A stretch of 64,000 nucleotides of DNA from Armatimonadota bacterium (GCA_039679675.1 JBDKUN010000062.1:81840-145839); one strand, 5' to 3'; counted from the first letter of the stretch, positions 46,405-56,874 are shown. Numbers and translations are program-made. Notes: a model not told the origin generated them from the sequence alone.

Positions 46405-48489
46405 TTGGAAGACCAGAAACAAATTGAGGCAGTGTTAGCAGGAGACCGGGATGCGTTCAGTCCGCTTATGGACCGATACTATTCCATGGTCTATCACGTG
46501 TGCCTCAATATGACCGGGAATGTGCCTGATGCAGAGGAGTTGGCGCACGATTCGTTCGTGGAAGCCTACCTGAAGCTCGGACAGCTCCGCGACCCGGAAA
46601 GGTTTGCCGGATGGCTCAAGATGCTGACGCTGAATGTTTGCAGGATGTGGTACCGCCGCAATCAGCAGCGTTTTGTAGAGTTGGATGATGATCAAGTCGC
46701 CGCAGTCGAGGATGACAACAGTGACCAATCGATCTATCTCAAGATGTCTCACGGCATATCGACCCTTTCGGCTCCGCATCGCCTGGTGCTCCTGCTCCAT
46801 TACTACGAAGAACTGTCTTACGACGAGATCGCAACCTTTCTGGAGGTCTCAAAAGGGACGGTAATGAGCCGTCTTCATCGCGCGCGCCAGGCATTGAAAG
46901 AGGTAATGGAACAGATGGATGAATATGAGGAAACCCCTGCCGTCCCAGACGACAGGTTCAAAGAAGTAGTGCAGGCAGAGATCGCCGTGCTTTTGAAAAT
47001 GTTTCATGACGAGCCGAACGCGCTCGAACGTTTGACGGTAGTCCTGAAAAAACTGCCGGAGCGGTTATTGGAGCTCATCATAACGGCGGAAGACACAATA
47101 GGCAACCTCGCTATCCTGCTGCCGCATCTCGGGAATGATGCAATAGACATTACGATTGATTGTTGTTTTTCGGATAAAGAACCACAGGCATCGAACGGAC
47201 GGCAGATTTTGGAGCGCTATGCGGCAAGGTGCGGGACCATCGGCCACCGGGATGGAATGCATGACATGGCATCCCGCGATGCCTATGCGCTGCTGGACAG
47301 GATTATCCAGCATCCGGCAGATGAAGCAGTGAAGGCGAAGATACTGCTCGCCCTGGCAGAAGCTTCCGAACAGACTTGCCTGTCGGTGCTCTTCATGAAC
47401 ACGCTTTTGTGTTATGCTGACGCAGCGTTTCCGATGCTTATGGAGCGATTCGAGTCGGAAGATACACGGTCGCCGTGGGTCATCCAATCGCTCGTCAAGA
47501 CCGGAGCACCTTTCGGTAAAAAACTCTCGGAAATGCTGCAATCCGGCGATGTGAACCGGCAGGCAATGGGACTGATTGGGTTCGAGGCGATTGCGCGGTC
47601 GGTCTGCTCTCCATGGCTTAATGGCCTCAGCCGTGAGCAGTATCTTAACGATCTGCGCACGAGTGAAAAATGGCCGCCTGTATCTTCAATGGATATAGGA
47701 ATCGATTTGATAGCTGAAATGACGCGTGAGACGGCTGCCATCGTCACCAATGGATCGGCAGATCTGAAGGGCCATGCCGTCCGTGTCCTCGGATATCTGA
47801 AGGCAGGCGAATACTCGTCTATAATCAGAGACAGCTTGAAGGATGATGATCTCAATACCCGAATGGCAGCGATCTTTGCCCTTTCGGAGATCGGTGACAC
47901 TGCTTCGGCAGATGCGCTCATCGGACGTGCCAGAAACAGCGAAGGTTCGGAGCAGGCTGCAGCCGCAGCGGCGCTCGGTCGGCTTCAGATAGGGCATGCG
48001 GAACATCTTCTGGTCGAGATGACTGGAAACCGTGAAGAACAGGTGCGTGAAGCTGCCGTGGTCGCGCTCGGTGAGATGGGGACGGTCAGTTCGCAGGTAG
48101 TCCTGCAGGAGTTAATGCGCGGCACCGACCGAAGGCTCCAAAAGACCGCCGCAAAGGTGGTTTTCGGCGGAGTCCGGCGGAAAAAGCCGGAAATGTCCGA
48201 TCTTCAGCGAAGGCTCGCGGAAAAACGGCGTAAAGTGAACCCTATCGCTGTTATCTCGCCGGACGCAGTCCTCCGATTCGGGCTGACGGAGATGCGGAGC
48301 TACGACGAGCGCGAAGTGACAGAGCGCATCGCCAAAGTATGCTCGGACTACTGCGCCACGCGACGTTATATGGTCGAACTGGGGCTCATGAGCCGGTCGA
48401 ACGGCGTCTATGAGTTCACCGAAAGCGGCAAGTCCGCCTGGCGGGTGGAGCAGTTCATCTGCGAACATTACTTAGGAACAAGAGCATAA
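46405..48489 (+). CDS. ECF sigma factor fused to HEAT-like repeats and a C-terminal DUF2087-like domain
   Basis: DAEELAHDSF, F.GWL (region 2); LSYDEIA....KGTVMSRLHRAR (region 4); R.AA..AL..IG repeats; Y.EREV...I.....DY...RRY.V..GL..R. Confidence 0.85.
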   Translation: MEDQKQIEAVLAGDRDAFSPLMDRYYSMVYHVCLNMTGNVPDAEELAHDSFVEAYLKLGQLRDPERFAGWLKMLTLNVCRMWYRRNQQRFVELDDDQVAAVEDDNSDQSIYLKMSHGISTLSAPHRLVLLLHYYEELSYDEIATFLEVSKGTVMSRLHRARQALKEVMEQMDEYEETPAVPDDRFKEVVQAEIAVLLKMFHDEPNALERLTVVLKKLPERLLELIITAEDTIGNLAILLPHLGNDAIDITIDCCFSDKEPQASNGRQILERYAARCGTIGHRDGMHDMASRDAYALLDRIIQHPADEAVKAKILLALAEASEQTCLSVLFMNTLLCYADAAFPMLMERFESEDTRSPWVIQSLVKTGAPFGKKLSEMLQSGDVNRQAMGLIGFEAIARSVCSPWLNGLSREQYLNDLRTSEKWPPVSSMDIGIDLIAEMTRETAAIVTNGSADLKGHAVRVLGYLKAGEYSSIIRDSLKDDDLNTRMAAIFALSEIGDTASADALIGRARNSEGSEQAAAAAALGRLQIGHAEHLLVEMTGNREEQVREAAVVALGEMGTVSSQVVLQELMRGTDRRLQKTAAKVVFGGVRRKKPEMSDLQRRLAEKRRKVNPIAVISPDAVLRFGLTEMRSYDEREVTERIAKVCSDYCATRRYMVELGLMSRSNGVYEFTESGKSAWRVEQFICEHYLGTRA

Positions 48490-48589
48490 AATGTAGTTGA
48501 TAGACCGGGGGATCATGCCCCGGTCCCATTTCTCCAGGGCATCCATGTCCTTTACCCATTCTATCGACATCCGCTACCTATTATTTAGA

Positions 48590-48782
48590 AACGCGAATTA
48601 CGCGGATTTAACGGATTTCGCGAATGGTGGAGACTTAAAGCATCTACTTTTAAGCTATGAGTCTACACCAATTTGGGAAGCTTTCCTGGATGCTGAATCA
48701 AGTTCAGCATGACGTTGTAATTGATTCTTCACCAATCCCTTTTCGCGTCTTTTGTGCTTCTTCGTGTACTTCGCGATTCAAA
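48590..48782. repeat. mosaic intergenic repeat cluster C
   Basis: Roughly 9-nt periodic ACGCGRATT units, a CACCAATTTG module, and 40-nt identity (48679-48718) to the GIY-YIG left flank 5931-5970. Confidence 0.82.
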
Positions 48783-48798
48783 AAATCATCCAACCAGC

Positions 48799-48831
48799 TT
48801 GACACACAATCTAGATTAACTGTATAGTTAA
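48799..48831 (+). promoter_or_regulatory. sigma70 promoter with overlapping palindromic operator
   Basis: TTGACA-18 nt-TATAGT; TTAACT-GTAT-AGTTAA (48816-48831) lies over the -10. Confidence 0.65.
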
Positions 48832-48858
48832 ACTACGCAGACAATCTGAGCAAAACCC

Positions 48859-49506
48859 ATGAAAACAAGAAAAGACGGCGAAGCCACAAGAAACGCAATA
48901 TTGGATGCGGCATGTAAAGTCTTCGGAGAAAAAGGCTTTCACAAAGCGACTCATGCGGAGATCAGCCGCGAAGCAGGAGTAAATACTGCTCTTATAAATT
49001 TCCACTTTGGTTCGAAAGATGAGCTGTACCGAAAAGTGTGGGAGCGGGTATCGAAAAACCTAAATGAACTCTATCCCATCGACGGCAAAATCCCGGCGGC
49101 GGCTTCCGCTGAGGAACGGCTTTACGGACACATCAGGTCGCTCTTGAACAGAGCGCTCGATCCCCGAATGGAAGGTTTTCACCGAATCCGCACGATGGAA
49201 TCGATCAATCCCACCGGATTACTTGATAAAGCTCGTTCAGAAAGCATGCAAAAAAGCCGGGCATACACCTTGTCGCTCACGCGCGAACTGCTGGGACCGG
49301 ACGCAACAGACCAAACGGTGGAACTTTGTGAGATGAGCGTCATCAGCCAGTGCATGGTTATTCTGCGCCCGCTTGGGTGCAAGAGCAAAAGGCTGCACCA
49401 CCGCTTCAAACACTCTGATGTCGATTCTCTTGCGCGGCATATTACACAATTTTCGCTCGCCGGTATCAACGCAATCAAAAATCAGGAAAAGGACCGCAAG
49501 CATTGA
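48859..49506 (+). CDS. TetR family regulator (CerR/DUF1956-type C-terminus)
   Basis: TR..ILDAA..VF.EKGF..AT..EI..EAGVN.ALINFHFGSKDELY; HIT.FSLAGI. Confidence 0.9.
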   Translation: MKTRKDGEATRNAILDAACKVFGEKGFHKATHAEISREAGVNTALINFHFGSKDELYRKVWERVSKNLNELYPIDGKIPAAASAEERLYGHIRSLLNRALDPRMEGFHRIRTMESINPTGLLDKARSESMQKSRAYTLSLTRELLGPDATDQTVELCEMSVISQCMVILRPLGCKSKRLHHRFKHSDVDSLARHITQFSLAGINAIKNQEKDRKH

Positions 49507-51251
49507 AATCATATAGAAAACTCGTCGTATACCTGAAACCATTCTGGGTTTCAGCCTTGCTGGCTCCTTTATTTATGATGGTAGAGGTGGCGATGGACTT
49601 ATCGCAGCCGAAATTGCTGCAGTCCATCATAGATGTGGGGCTGCCCAAGCACAATCTTGCGTTCATAACGCACACCGGCATAGTGATGATCATAGTTGCC
49701 TTGATAGGTTTCGTGGGCGGCTCCGGCTGTACGCTCTTTTCGACGATAGCGGCGCTCAATTTCGGCACAGCCATCCGGGGAAAACTCTTCACAAAAGTCG
49801 AACGTCTCTCTTTCGGAAACCTGGACCGGCTGGAAACAGGCGGGCTCATTACTCGGATAACAAACGATGTCGACCAGGTGCAGGAAACAATGATCATGTT
49901 TCTCCGAGTCCTCGTGCGGGCACCGCTGCTTTCAATCGGCGCTCTCATCCTGGCTATCGTAACATCCCCGAAGTTGTCTCTCTTGCTTCTGGTCATCGCG
50001 CCGTTGCTGATCACTTTGCTTCTGGTCGTCCACCGGAAGGCTCACCCGCTTTTCACCAAACTGCAGGAGCGGCTGGACAGGGTGAACAGCATCGTGCAGG
50101 AAAACCTGGCCGGAGTCCGCGTTGTAAAGGCGTTTATCCGCTCGGATTATGAGTCCAACCGCTTTGGCGGCGCAAACGAAAATCTGTGTACAGGGACTGT
50201 CCAGGCTTTCTCTGTTGTAAATGTAATCATGCCGGGGATGATGCTTCTTTTGAACATTGGTATAGTCGGCGTGCTCTGGTTCGGAGGTGTTTCTGTACAC
50301 CGCGGGGAGCTTCATGTCGGACAGGTTCTGGCTTTTATCAGTTATCTCCTTCAGATGCTCTCTTCACTTATGATGGTCGGAATGCTTCTGATGCGCGTAG
50401 CCCGCGCTGAAGCATCAGCAGAACGGATTGCCGAAGTTCTGGACAGCGAACCGGAAGTCAAGGACGGGCCGGAGGCTATTTCGGCTCCCAAACTGAAGGG
50501 CCGGGTCGTTTTTGATCATGTAGGGTTCAAATACAACGGTTCAGATGATGCTGCCGTTATTCGGGATGTCTCATTTACCGCCGAACCGGGCCAGACCATC
50601 GGCATTCTTGGGGCAACAGGGACGGGAAAATCATCCCTGGTGCACCTCATCCCCCGGCTGTACGATGTGACGGAGGGAAACATACTCATCGACGGAGTGG
50701 ACATCCGAAATGTGACCCAGGAATCGCTCCGGCGGCAGATAGCCATAGTTATGCAGAATACGATCCTCTTCTCCGGCACAATTTGGGAGAACCTCCGTTA
50801 TGGCCGCTCCGAAGCAACGGATGAGGAGATCGAAGAAGCTGCGCAAATGGCGCAGGCGCACGATTTTATCATGAGTTTCCCGGATGGGTACAACACCGTC
50901 CTCGGCCAGGGAGGAGTCAACCTCTCCGGCGGACAGAAACAGCGGTTGTCCATTGCGAGGGCGCTTGTATCCCGCCCGTCGATCCTGATACTGGACGATT
51001 GCACGAGCGCAGTAGATATGGCTACGGAAGCGAAGATCATATCAGCCCTAAATACGTGGCAGCACCGCTGTACGCGTTTTGTAATAGCCCAACGGATCAG
51101 CGCGGTCGCCGGAGCGGACGAAATCCTGGTGATAGATAACGGTGCTCTTGCCGGTAAGGGCACGCACGATGAACTCCTTGAAAGCTGTGCAGTATATCAG
51201 GGGATTGTGCAGTCTCAACTCGGCAGCAGGGAGGTGGACCATGGCTGCTAA
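49503..51251 (+). CDS. heterodimeric ABC exporter subunit carrying the degenerate site (TM287-like)
   Basis: TM domain; GATGTGKS, LSGGQKQR, ILDDCTS (D for catalytic E), IAQR (Q for H). Confidence 0.93.
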   Translation: MKSYRKLVVYLKPFWVSALLAPLFMMVEVAMDLSQPKLLQSIIDVGLPKHNLAFITHTGIVMIIVALIGFVGGSGCTLFSTIAALNFGTAIRGKLFTKVERLSFGNLDRLETGGLITRITNDVDQVQETMIMFLRVLVRAPLLSIGALILAIVTSPKLSLLLLVIAPLLITLLLVVHRKAHPLFTKLQERLDRVNSIVQENLAGVRVVKAFIRSDYESNRFGGANENLCTGTVQAFSVVNVIMPGMMLLLNIGIVGVLWFGGVSVHRGELHVGQVLAFISYLLQMLSSLMMVGMLLMRVARAEASAERIAEVLDSEPEVKDGPEAISAPKLKGRVVFDHVGFKYNGSDDAAVIRDVSFTAEPGQTIGILGATGTGKSSLVHLIPRLYDVTEGNILIDGVDIRNVTQESLRRQIAIVMQNTILFSGTIWENLRYGRSEATDEEIEEAAQMAQAHDFIMSFPDGYNTVLGQGGVNLSGGQKQRLSIARALVSRPSILILDDCTSAVDMATEAKIISALNTWQHRCTRFVIAQRISAVAGADEILVIDNGALAGKGTHDELLESCAVYQGIVQSQLGSREVDHGC

Positions 51252-53052
51252 ACAAAAAACAATGGCCGACCAGATGCGCGGACACAGGCATGGCGGGCCT
51301 GGAAGGTTTCTTGCCGGTCCGCCGCCCAAGGTCGAAAACCGGGGCGATATCCTGCGCCGCCTGTGGACATACCTTGCAGTCTACCGCGTGCCGCTTTTGG
51401 GGATAGTCGTCCTGGTTATCATTACTACCGGGCTTGGGCTTGCTGGACCGTACCTGATAGGCCGGGGGATCGATTGTATTAAAAAAGGCAACCTGTTGTC
51501 ACTTGCCAGACTGATATTTCTCATGGTAGCCGTATACATTCTGGCAGCTTTGGGCACTTGGGTGCAGTCGATCAGTATGATCAAGATAGCGCAGCATACT
51601 GTGCGCGACATCCGGCGTAACTTGTTCAACCATCTGCAGACGCTTTCCCTGCGGTATTTCGACCGCAATCCCCACGGTGAGCTGATGAGCAAGTTGACCA
51701 ACGATACAGACACCATCAGCGCCACGCTGGGAGACGGTGTAACTCAGCTGATCAGCAGCGCACTTTCGATCCTGGGCGCGGGCATTATAATGTTCGTGAT
51801 GAACTGGCGGTTGGCGTTTGTGACCCTCATAACTGTGCCGCTCGTCATCTTGGTTACACGGTTTATCGCAAAATATACCCGCCAGGGCTTCCGCGATAGG
51901 CAGAAGGCGCTCGGCACATTAAACGGAATAGTGGAAGAGAGCATCGAGGGGCAGAGAGTCATCAAAGCCTGCTGCCGCGAAGAAGAGACTATCGAGAAGT
52001 TCATGACTGCAAATGACGAGCTGCGGCGGTCCGCGATAAAAGCACTTTCTTTTATCGGTCTGATGGGGCCAGCAATGAACTTTTTCCGCAATTTCAACCT
52101 TGCCGTAGTCGCCGGGGCAGGCGGATGGATGGTTGTAAAGGGATTTGCAACTCTTGGAACGGTTGCCGCCATAATCTATTATGCGGACTACTTCAACCGG
52201 CCACTAAACCAACTCGCAAACCTTTACGGCGCAGTCCAGTCCGCACTTGCCGGCGCTGAACGGGTCTTTGCGGTGATGGATGAAGTCCCGGAAGTAAACG
52301 ATGCGCCGGATGCCATAGAGATACCCGCTATTCAGGGCGATGTGAAGTTCGACAGGGTCTGCTTCGGTTACGACAAAGACGCCCCGGTACTTAAAGACGT
52401 GAGTTTCAGTGTCGAACCCGGCCAGACTGTAGCCTTGGTCGGTTCGACTGGAGCGGGAAAGACGACCATCATAAACCTGCTCACACGGTTCTACGACATC
52501 GACTCAGGGAGTATCCATGTCGACGGGCATGACATCCGTACGCTCCGCCGGGACAGCCTGCGGCGAGCTCTCGGAATAGTGCTACAGGACACTTATCTAT
52601 TCACCGGTACAGTGCGGGAAAATATCAGATACGGGCGGCTCGATGCAACGGACGCGGAAGTGGAAGCAGCCGCGAAACTCGCAAATGCGGATTCGTTCAT
52701 AACCCACCTGCCGCACGGGTACGATACAGTCCTATCAGACGCCGGAAGCAGCCTGAGCCACGGTCAGCGGCAGCTCCTTTCGATTGCAAGGACACTTTTA
52801 GCTGACCCAGCGATTCTGATTTTGGACGAAGCGACAAGCAGTGTAGACACCCGCACGGAAGTACATATCCAGCAGGCGCTTCACCGGCTGATGGAAGGCA
52901 GGACGAGCTTTATCATCGCGCACAGGCTGAACACCATCCAGCGCGCGGACTGCATAATGGTGATAGAGCACGGGCGAATCGTCGAGCGCGGAAATCATGA
53001 AGAACTCATGGCGCAGGACGGCGTATACCACCGGTTGTACACGAGCCATTAG
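51241..53052 (+). CDS. heterodimeric ABC exporter subunit (TM288-like)
   Basis: GSTGAGKT, LSHGQRQ, LDEATS, IAHRL; GGAGG before ATG 51241. Confidence 0.93.
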   Translation: MAAKQKTMADQMRGHRHGGPGRFLAGPPPKVENRGDILRRLWTYLAVYRVPLLGIVVLVIITTGLGLAGPYLIGRGIDCIKKGNLLSLARLIFLMVAVYILAALGTWVQSISMIKIAQHTVRDIRRNLFNHLQTLSLRYFDRNPHGELMSKLTNDTDTISATLGDGVTQLISSALSILGAGIIMFVMNWRLAFVTLITVPLVILVTRFIAKYTRQGFRDRQKALGTLNGIVEESIEGQRVIKACCREEETIEKFMTANDELRRSAIKALSFIGLMGPAMNFFRNFNLAVVAGAGGWMVVKGFATLGTVAAIIYYADYFNRPLNQLANLYGAVQSALAGAERVFAVMDEVPEVNDAPDAIEIPAIQGDVKFDRVCFGYDKDAPVLKDVSFSVEPGQTVALVGSTGAGKTTIINLLTRFYDIDSGSIHVDGHDIRTLRRDSLRRALGIVLQDTYLFTGTVRENIRYGRLDATDAEVEAAAKLANADSFITHLPHGYDTVLSDAGSSLSHGQRQLLSIARTLLADPAILILDEATSSVDTRTEVHIQQALHRLMEGRTSFIIAHRLNTIQRADCIMVIEHGRIVERGNHEELMAQDGVYHRLYTSH

Positions 53053-53074
53053 CCACCAGCTATCAGTAGTCAAA

Positions 53075-54316
53075 TCACACCCACCCCATCAAATAAAACC
53101 ACCAGAGCATCACCACGCCGACGGCTGTGGTGATGATTGTAACTGGAACTCCTACTCTCAGGAAGTCCAAGAACGATAGCGGCGATTTCTCCTGCGCACG
53201 CTGGGCAACTATCACGTTTGCAACGCTTCCGAAGAGAGTCAGGTTTCCGGCAAAGGTGCTTGTGAGGGACAAAAGCAGCCAGAAAAACTTCGGTTCTTTC
53301 ACCAGATTGACCCAGTGACCGGCAATAAGGACGAATGGGACATTGGAAAATATGTTGCTGCCGATTACCGTCGCTGTGCTCCATCCGACGATGTTTCCAA
53401 ACGAGGCGTGAGTTCCGAGCGCGCTCAGACAGTGCTCCAGAATCACCCGGTCGGACTTCACCAGCCCTTCCACAACGACAAAAAGCCCAGCGAAGAAGAG
53501 CAAAAGTGACCAGTCAACCATACTTAGAGCCAGCTTCGGAGGACGGTTGCTCCAAACGAGAAGAAGCGTAGCCGTAGCGACCGCTGCAAAGCCCATCGGC
53601 GCTCCGAAAATGATAGCGACGATAAACGCCGCGAACATGATGAGGCTTCGGATGGCCAATTTTCGCTTAACTTCGATTTCCGTGCTGGATACGCTCACAG
53701 GAGTCATATCGGCGGCCGCCAACTGCTTTTTAAAGAGCAGCGAAAGCACCAGCCAGTTGACTACAAGGCAGACCAGTCCAATTGGAGCCATTCTTAGCGC
53801 AAAGCCGGACCAACTCCAGCCGGAAAGATGCCCGATTATCATATTTTGTGGGTTTCCGATGAGTGTCATAGCGCTACCGATGTTCGAGCTCGTCGCAAGG
53901 GCAAGTAGAAACGGCGCGGGTGGCAGTTCCGCAAGAGTGACTACCTCAAGGAGAATCGGGGTTCCCAAAAGGCAAACGGTATCGTTCAGCATGAGCGCAG
54001 ATGCTATTCCCGAAACAAAAACAATCCCGGCAAGAAGCGCATGAGCATTCTTGCAGCGTTTTAAGGCTTTGTAGGCAAAAGCTATCGGGACACGGCTTTG
54101 AATGAGGACTGCCAAAAGCACCATCATCCCGAAGAGGAGCGAAATAGTGCTGAGGTCAATGGCACTCATTGCTTCCGCGCGGGTGAGGGAGCCCGTCATG
54201 ACCATCAGGACTGCTCCGAGGAGCGCCGCAGTCGGACGGTCGAGCTTGCGGGGGCTGTTCTCCCCCATACATATCAGGATATATGTCAGGACAAATACTA
54301 ACGTTCCGAGATGCAA
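53075..54316 (-). CDS. ArsB/NhaD/SLC13-type anion permease
   Basis: DRPTAALLGA, NDTVCL, SNIGS..T.IGNPQN, SN..SNVP, STFAGN.T..GS.AN.IV. Confidence 0.88.
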   Translation of the reverse strand: MHLGTLVFVLTYILICMGENSPRKLDRPTAALLGAVLMVMTGSLTRAEAMSAIDLSTISLLFGMMVLLAVLIQSRVPIAFAYKALKRCKNAHALLAGIVFVSGIASALMLNDTVCLLGTPILLEVVTLAELPPAPFLLALATSSNIGSAMTLIGNPQNMIIGHLSGWSWSGFALRMAPIGLVCLVVNWLVLSLLFKKQLAAADMTPVSVSSTEIEVKRKLAIRSLIMFAAFIVAIIFGAPMGFAAVATATLLLVWSNRPPKLALSMVDWSLLLFFAGLFVVVEGLVKSDRVILEHCLSALGTHASFGNIVGWSTATVIGSNIFSNVPFVLIAGHWVNLVKEPKFFWLLLSLTSTFAGNLTLFGSVANVIVAQRAQEKSPLSFLDFLRVGVPVTIITTAVGVVMLWWFYLMGWV

Positions 54317-54442
54317 CTATGCAGCCTCAACTAACAGAAATTTATTTAGGCTCTAAGAAAGAGGCATGGTCAGTATAACACGCGCGGGTGAGGCAAACCA
54401 GTGGAGAGTTGAGCTTCAGGACAGCAGTTCGTTCCAAAGTGT

Positions 54443-54486
54443 GGCCAAAGGGGAATGGTGCAGATTTTCACCATTCCCCTTTGGCC
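54443..54486. terminator. strong stem-loop downstream of the TPR gene
   Basis: 18-bp perfect arms GGCCAAAGGGGAATGGTG/CACCATTCCCCTTTGGCC; no clear U tract. Confidence 0.5.
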
Positions 54487-54505
54487 TAAATCCTGTAATC
54501 TCCTG

Positions 54506-55423
54506 CTACGCAGTCCTTCGCGGGTCTATGTCGGCGAGTCCTTCTCTGGCTTCAGCGTTGTCCGGGTCTAGTTCCAGCACCCGGCGGTAGCTGTTTGCGG
54601 CTTCTTCGGTGCATCCGAGCCGTATGAATGCCGATGCGGCATTCAGCCGCGCGGCGGTAAAGTTCGGATTGATTTCAAGCGCCCGGCTGAACTCGACCAG
54701 CGCTTTCGATGGCTCCTCATCAGCCAGGTAGACGACTCCCAGCCAGTTTCTGATGTCCGCATAACCCGGCTGTATTGAAAGCGCGCGTTCCAGGTCGGCT
54801 GCAGCGGCTTTGTAGTCGCCTCGCATGTAATGCTCTTTGCCGAGTTTGAAATGGTATGTAATATCGTCTACGTTCGTTGCTCTTAAGTCTTCCAGCTTTG
54901 TGAGGGTCTTGTCCCACTGCTTTTTGCGGTGAAGATCCACAGCCTCGCGGTAAAGCTGGCAGGAATAGCCCGGCTCGTTTTGAACGGCGCGGTTGATCAA
55001 ATCCATGCCTGCATTCCGTTCGCCGGTGCGGTAACGGATCAGACCGAGTTCCAAAAGAGCTCTACTGTAGCGCGGATTAAGAGATACAGCCTTCTCCAAT
55101 TCCGCCGCTGCCTGTGTCCAGTTACTTTCTTGTGCCAGTATACAGGCCAGGTGGTAGTGCAGATCGGGGTATTGAGGATTAATCTCAACGGCTCTTCTCA
55201 GGCTCTGTTCAGCTCTCTCGGTAGCTCCGCGACCGGCGCGTTCCAAACCAAGCTGGGCATACGATTCACCCAGATAGAACCTTGCCAACCTACCCATCGG
55301 GTCTAGCTGCTCGCAGATGACCGCGAGTGTCTCAAATTCAGAGATAGCTTCTCTGAAAAGCCCTTGATCGAAATACTCAATCCCTTTGCTATAGTGCTCA
55401 TTCAATTCTTGAACGGATGACAC
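54506..55423 (-). CDS. tetratricopeptide repeat protein
   Basis: Repeated A...L..A..INP.Y....L.LG units. Confidence 0.9.
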   Translation of the reverse strand: MSSVQELNEHYSKGIEYFDQGLFREAISEFETLAVICEQLDPMGRLARFYLGESYAQLGLERAGRGATERAEQSLRRAVEINPQYPDLHYHLACILAQESNWTQAAAELEKAVSLNPRYSRALLELGLIRYRTGERNAGMDLINRAVQNEPGYSCQLYREAVDLHRKKQWDKTLTKLEDLRATNVDDITYHFKLGKEHYMRGDYKAAAADLERALSIQPGYADIRNWLGVVYLADEEPSKALVEFSRALEINPNFTAARLNAASAFIRLGCTEEAANSYRRVLELDPDNAEAREGLADIDPRRTA

Positions 55424-55471
55424 TTGTGCTTCAGCTCCCCTCGATAATGTCCGGCAGGAGCCTCAGCGTCT

Positions 55472-56791
55472 TCAATGGCAGTTCGAGCCTTGAGCGTTCT
55501 CATGCCTGCCTATGCAGTGGTACTCGAACCCTATCTTCTTCATCCGCTGAGGGTCGTAAATATTCCTACCATCAAATATTATCGGTTTACTCATCCGTTC
55601 CTTCAGTCTTTCCAGGTTAAGAAGTTTAAATTCATTCCATTCAGTTACTATTGCAATGGCATCGGCACCCTCTGCAGCAGCATACGCATTGGGACAATAC
55701 TCGATTTGCGGAAATATTCTGCTCGCATTTTCGGCGGCTACGGGGTCATATGCTTTTACCTGCGCGCCTTCGGAGAGCAGAGCTGCGATAATATCTATGG
55801 ACTTGGCATCCCTCATATCGTCCGTATTAGGCTTGAATGCAAGCCCCAGTACTCCGACTGTCATGCCCTGAAGCGCGCCGAGGCTGTTTTTGATCTTCTC
55901 GACGAAGAGTCTGGGCTGGTCCATGTTGATATCCACAACTGATTTCAGCAGTTTGAAGTCGTAACCAAGGCTGTCCGATATGTGGATAAGGCAGCTTGCG
56001 TCTTTTCCGAAGCATGAGCCTCCGTAGCCGAGCCCAGCATTCAGAAATTCATTGCCGATCCGGCTGTCGTAGCCCATACCTTTAGTGACCTGCAGTACAT
56101 CCGCCCCGGCCTTTTCACAGATTTGAGCCACCGCGTTGATGAACGATATTTTGGTTGCAAGAAACGCGTTTGAGGCATATTTGATCATTTCGGCGGAGTG
56201 TACGTCCGTGATAAGCATAGGTCTTTCGAGCGGAGCGTAGAGCTCGACGATCTTCATTGCGACATTACCGTTCGGTGCGCCGATCACTATTCTGTCCGGG
56301 TAAAGCGTATCCGCTATTGCGGAGCCTTCGCGCAGGAACTCCGGGTTGGAGACTACATCGAACTCGACATCTCTTATCCTGTTTCGAGCTATGACATCCC
56401 TGACAAGATCGCCTGTCCCGACGGGAACGGTGCTTTTGTTGACTACGACTTTGTACCGGTCCATGTGCCTCGCGATTATCTTGGCTGCATCGACTACGGC
56501 TCCCAGGTCGGCTTGTCCGTCCTCAGCGGGCGGCGTACCTACCGCAATGAATACCACCTCGGACTTTTTTACGCCTTCACCGACATCCGTAGTAAAATAC
56601 AGCCGGTTATCTTCGACGTTGCGGGCAACCATCTCCTCAAGCCCCGGCTCATAGATCGGCATTTCGCCGCGTTTCAGCATATCGATCTTTGACTCATCTT
56701 TATCGACGCATATAACGTCGTTTCCGAGGTCTGAGAATACTGCACCGGTAACGAGACCAACGTATCCTGTACCGATTACGCAGATGTTCAT
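55472..56791 (-). CDS. ugd: UDP-glucose/GDP-mannose 6-dehydrogenase
   Basis: GTGYVG, KSTVPVGT, NPEFLREG, GYGGSCF, GLAFKPNTDDMR. Confidence 0.93.
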   Translation of the reverse strand: MNICVIGTGYVGLVTGAVFSDLGNDVICVDKDESKIDMLKRGEMPIYEPGLEEMVARNVEDNRLYFTTDVGEGVKKSEVVFIAVGTPPAEDGQADLGAVVDAAKIIARHMDRYKVVVNKSTVPVGTGDLVRDVIARNRIRDVEFDVVSNPEFLREGSAIADTLYPDRIVIGAPNGNVAMKIVELYAPLERPMLITDVHSAEMIKYASNAFLATKISFINAVAQICEKAGADVLQVTKGMGYDSRIGNEFLNAGLGYGGSCFGKDASCLIHISDSLGYDFKLLKSVVDINMDQPRLFVEKIKNSLGALQGMTVGVLGLAFKPNTDDMRDAKSIDIIAALLSEGAQVKAYDPVAAENASRIFPQIEYCPNAYAAAEGADAIAIVTEWNEFKLLNLERLKERMSKPIIFDGRNIYDPQRMKKIGFEYHCIGRHENAQGSNCH

Positions 56792-56849
56792 AACTTATCA
56801 GCTTGCCTCCTTATGTAGGGCATCCCAGTCATATATAACTGGGCATTAT

Positions 56850-56874
56850 ATACCCGCGAGGCATCCTGCTAAAC
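56850..56874 (-). promoter_or_regulatory. sigmaB-type promoter candidate upstream of ugd
   Basis: GTTTAG-13 nt-GGGTAT, overlapping a TATAAT. Confidence 0.5.

Noticed and set aside
48497..48712. Short ORFs ending FLDAESSSA (also 5937-6164)
   Set aside because: The shared ending is simply the translated hairpin repeat, not a protein family.
49503..53052. Degenerate Walker B, switch and signature motifs in the ABC pair
   Set aside because: This is the normal asymmetric site arrangement of heterodimeric exporters.
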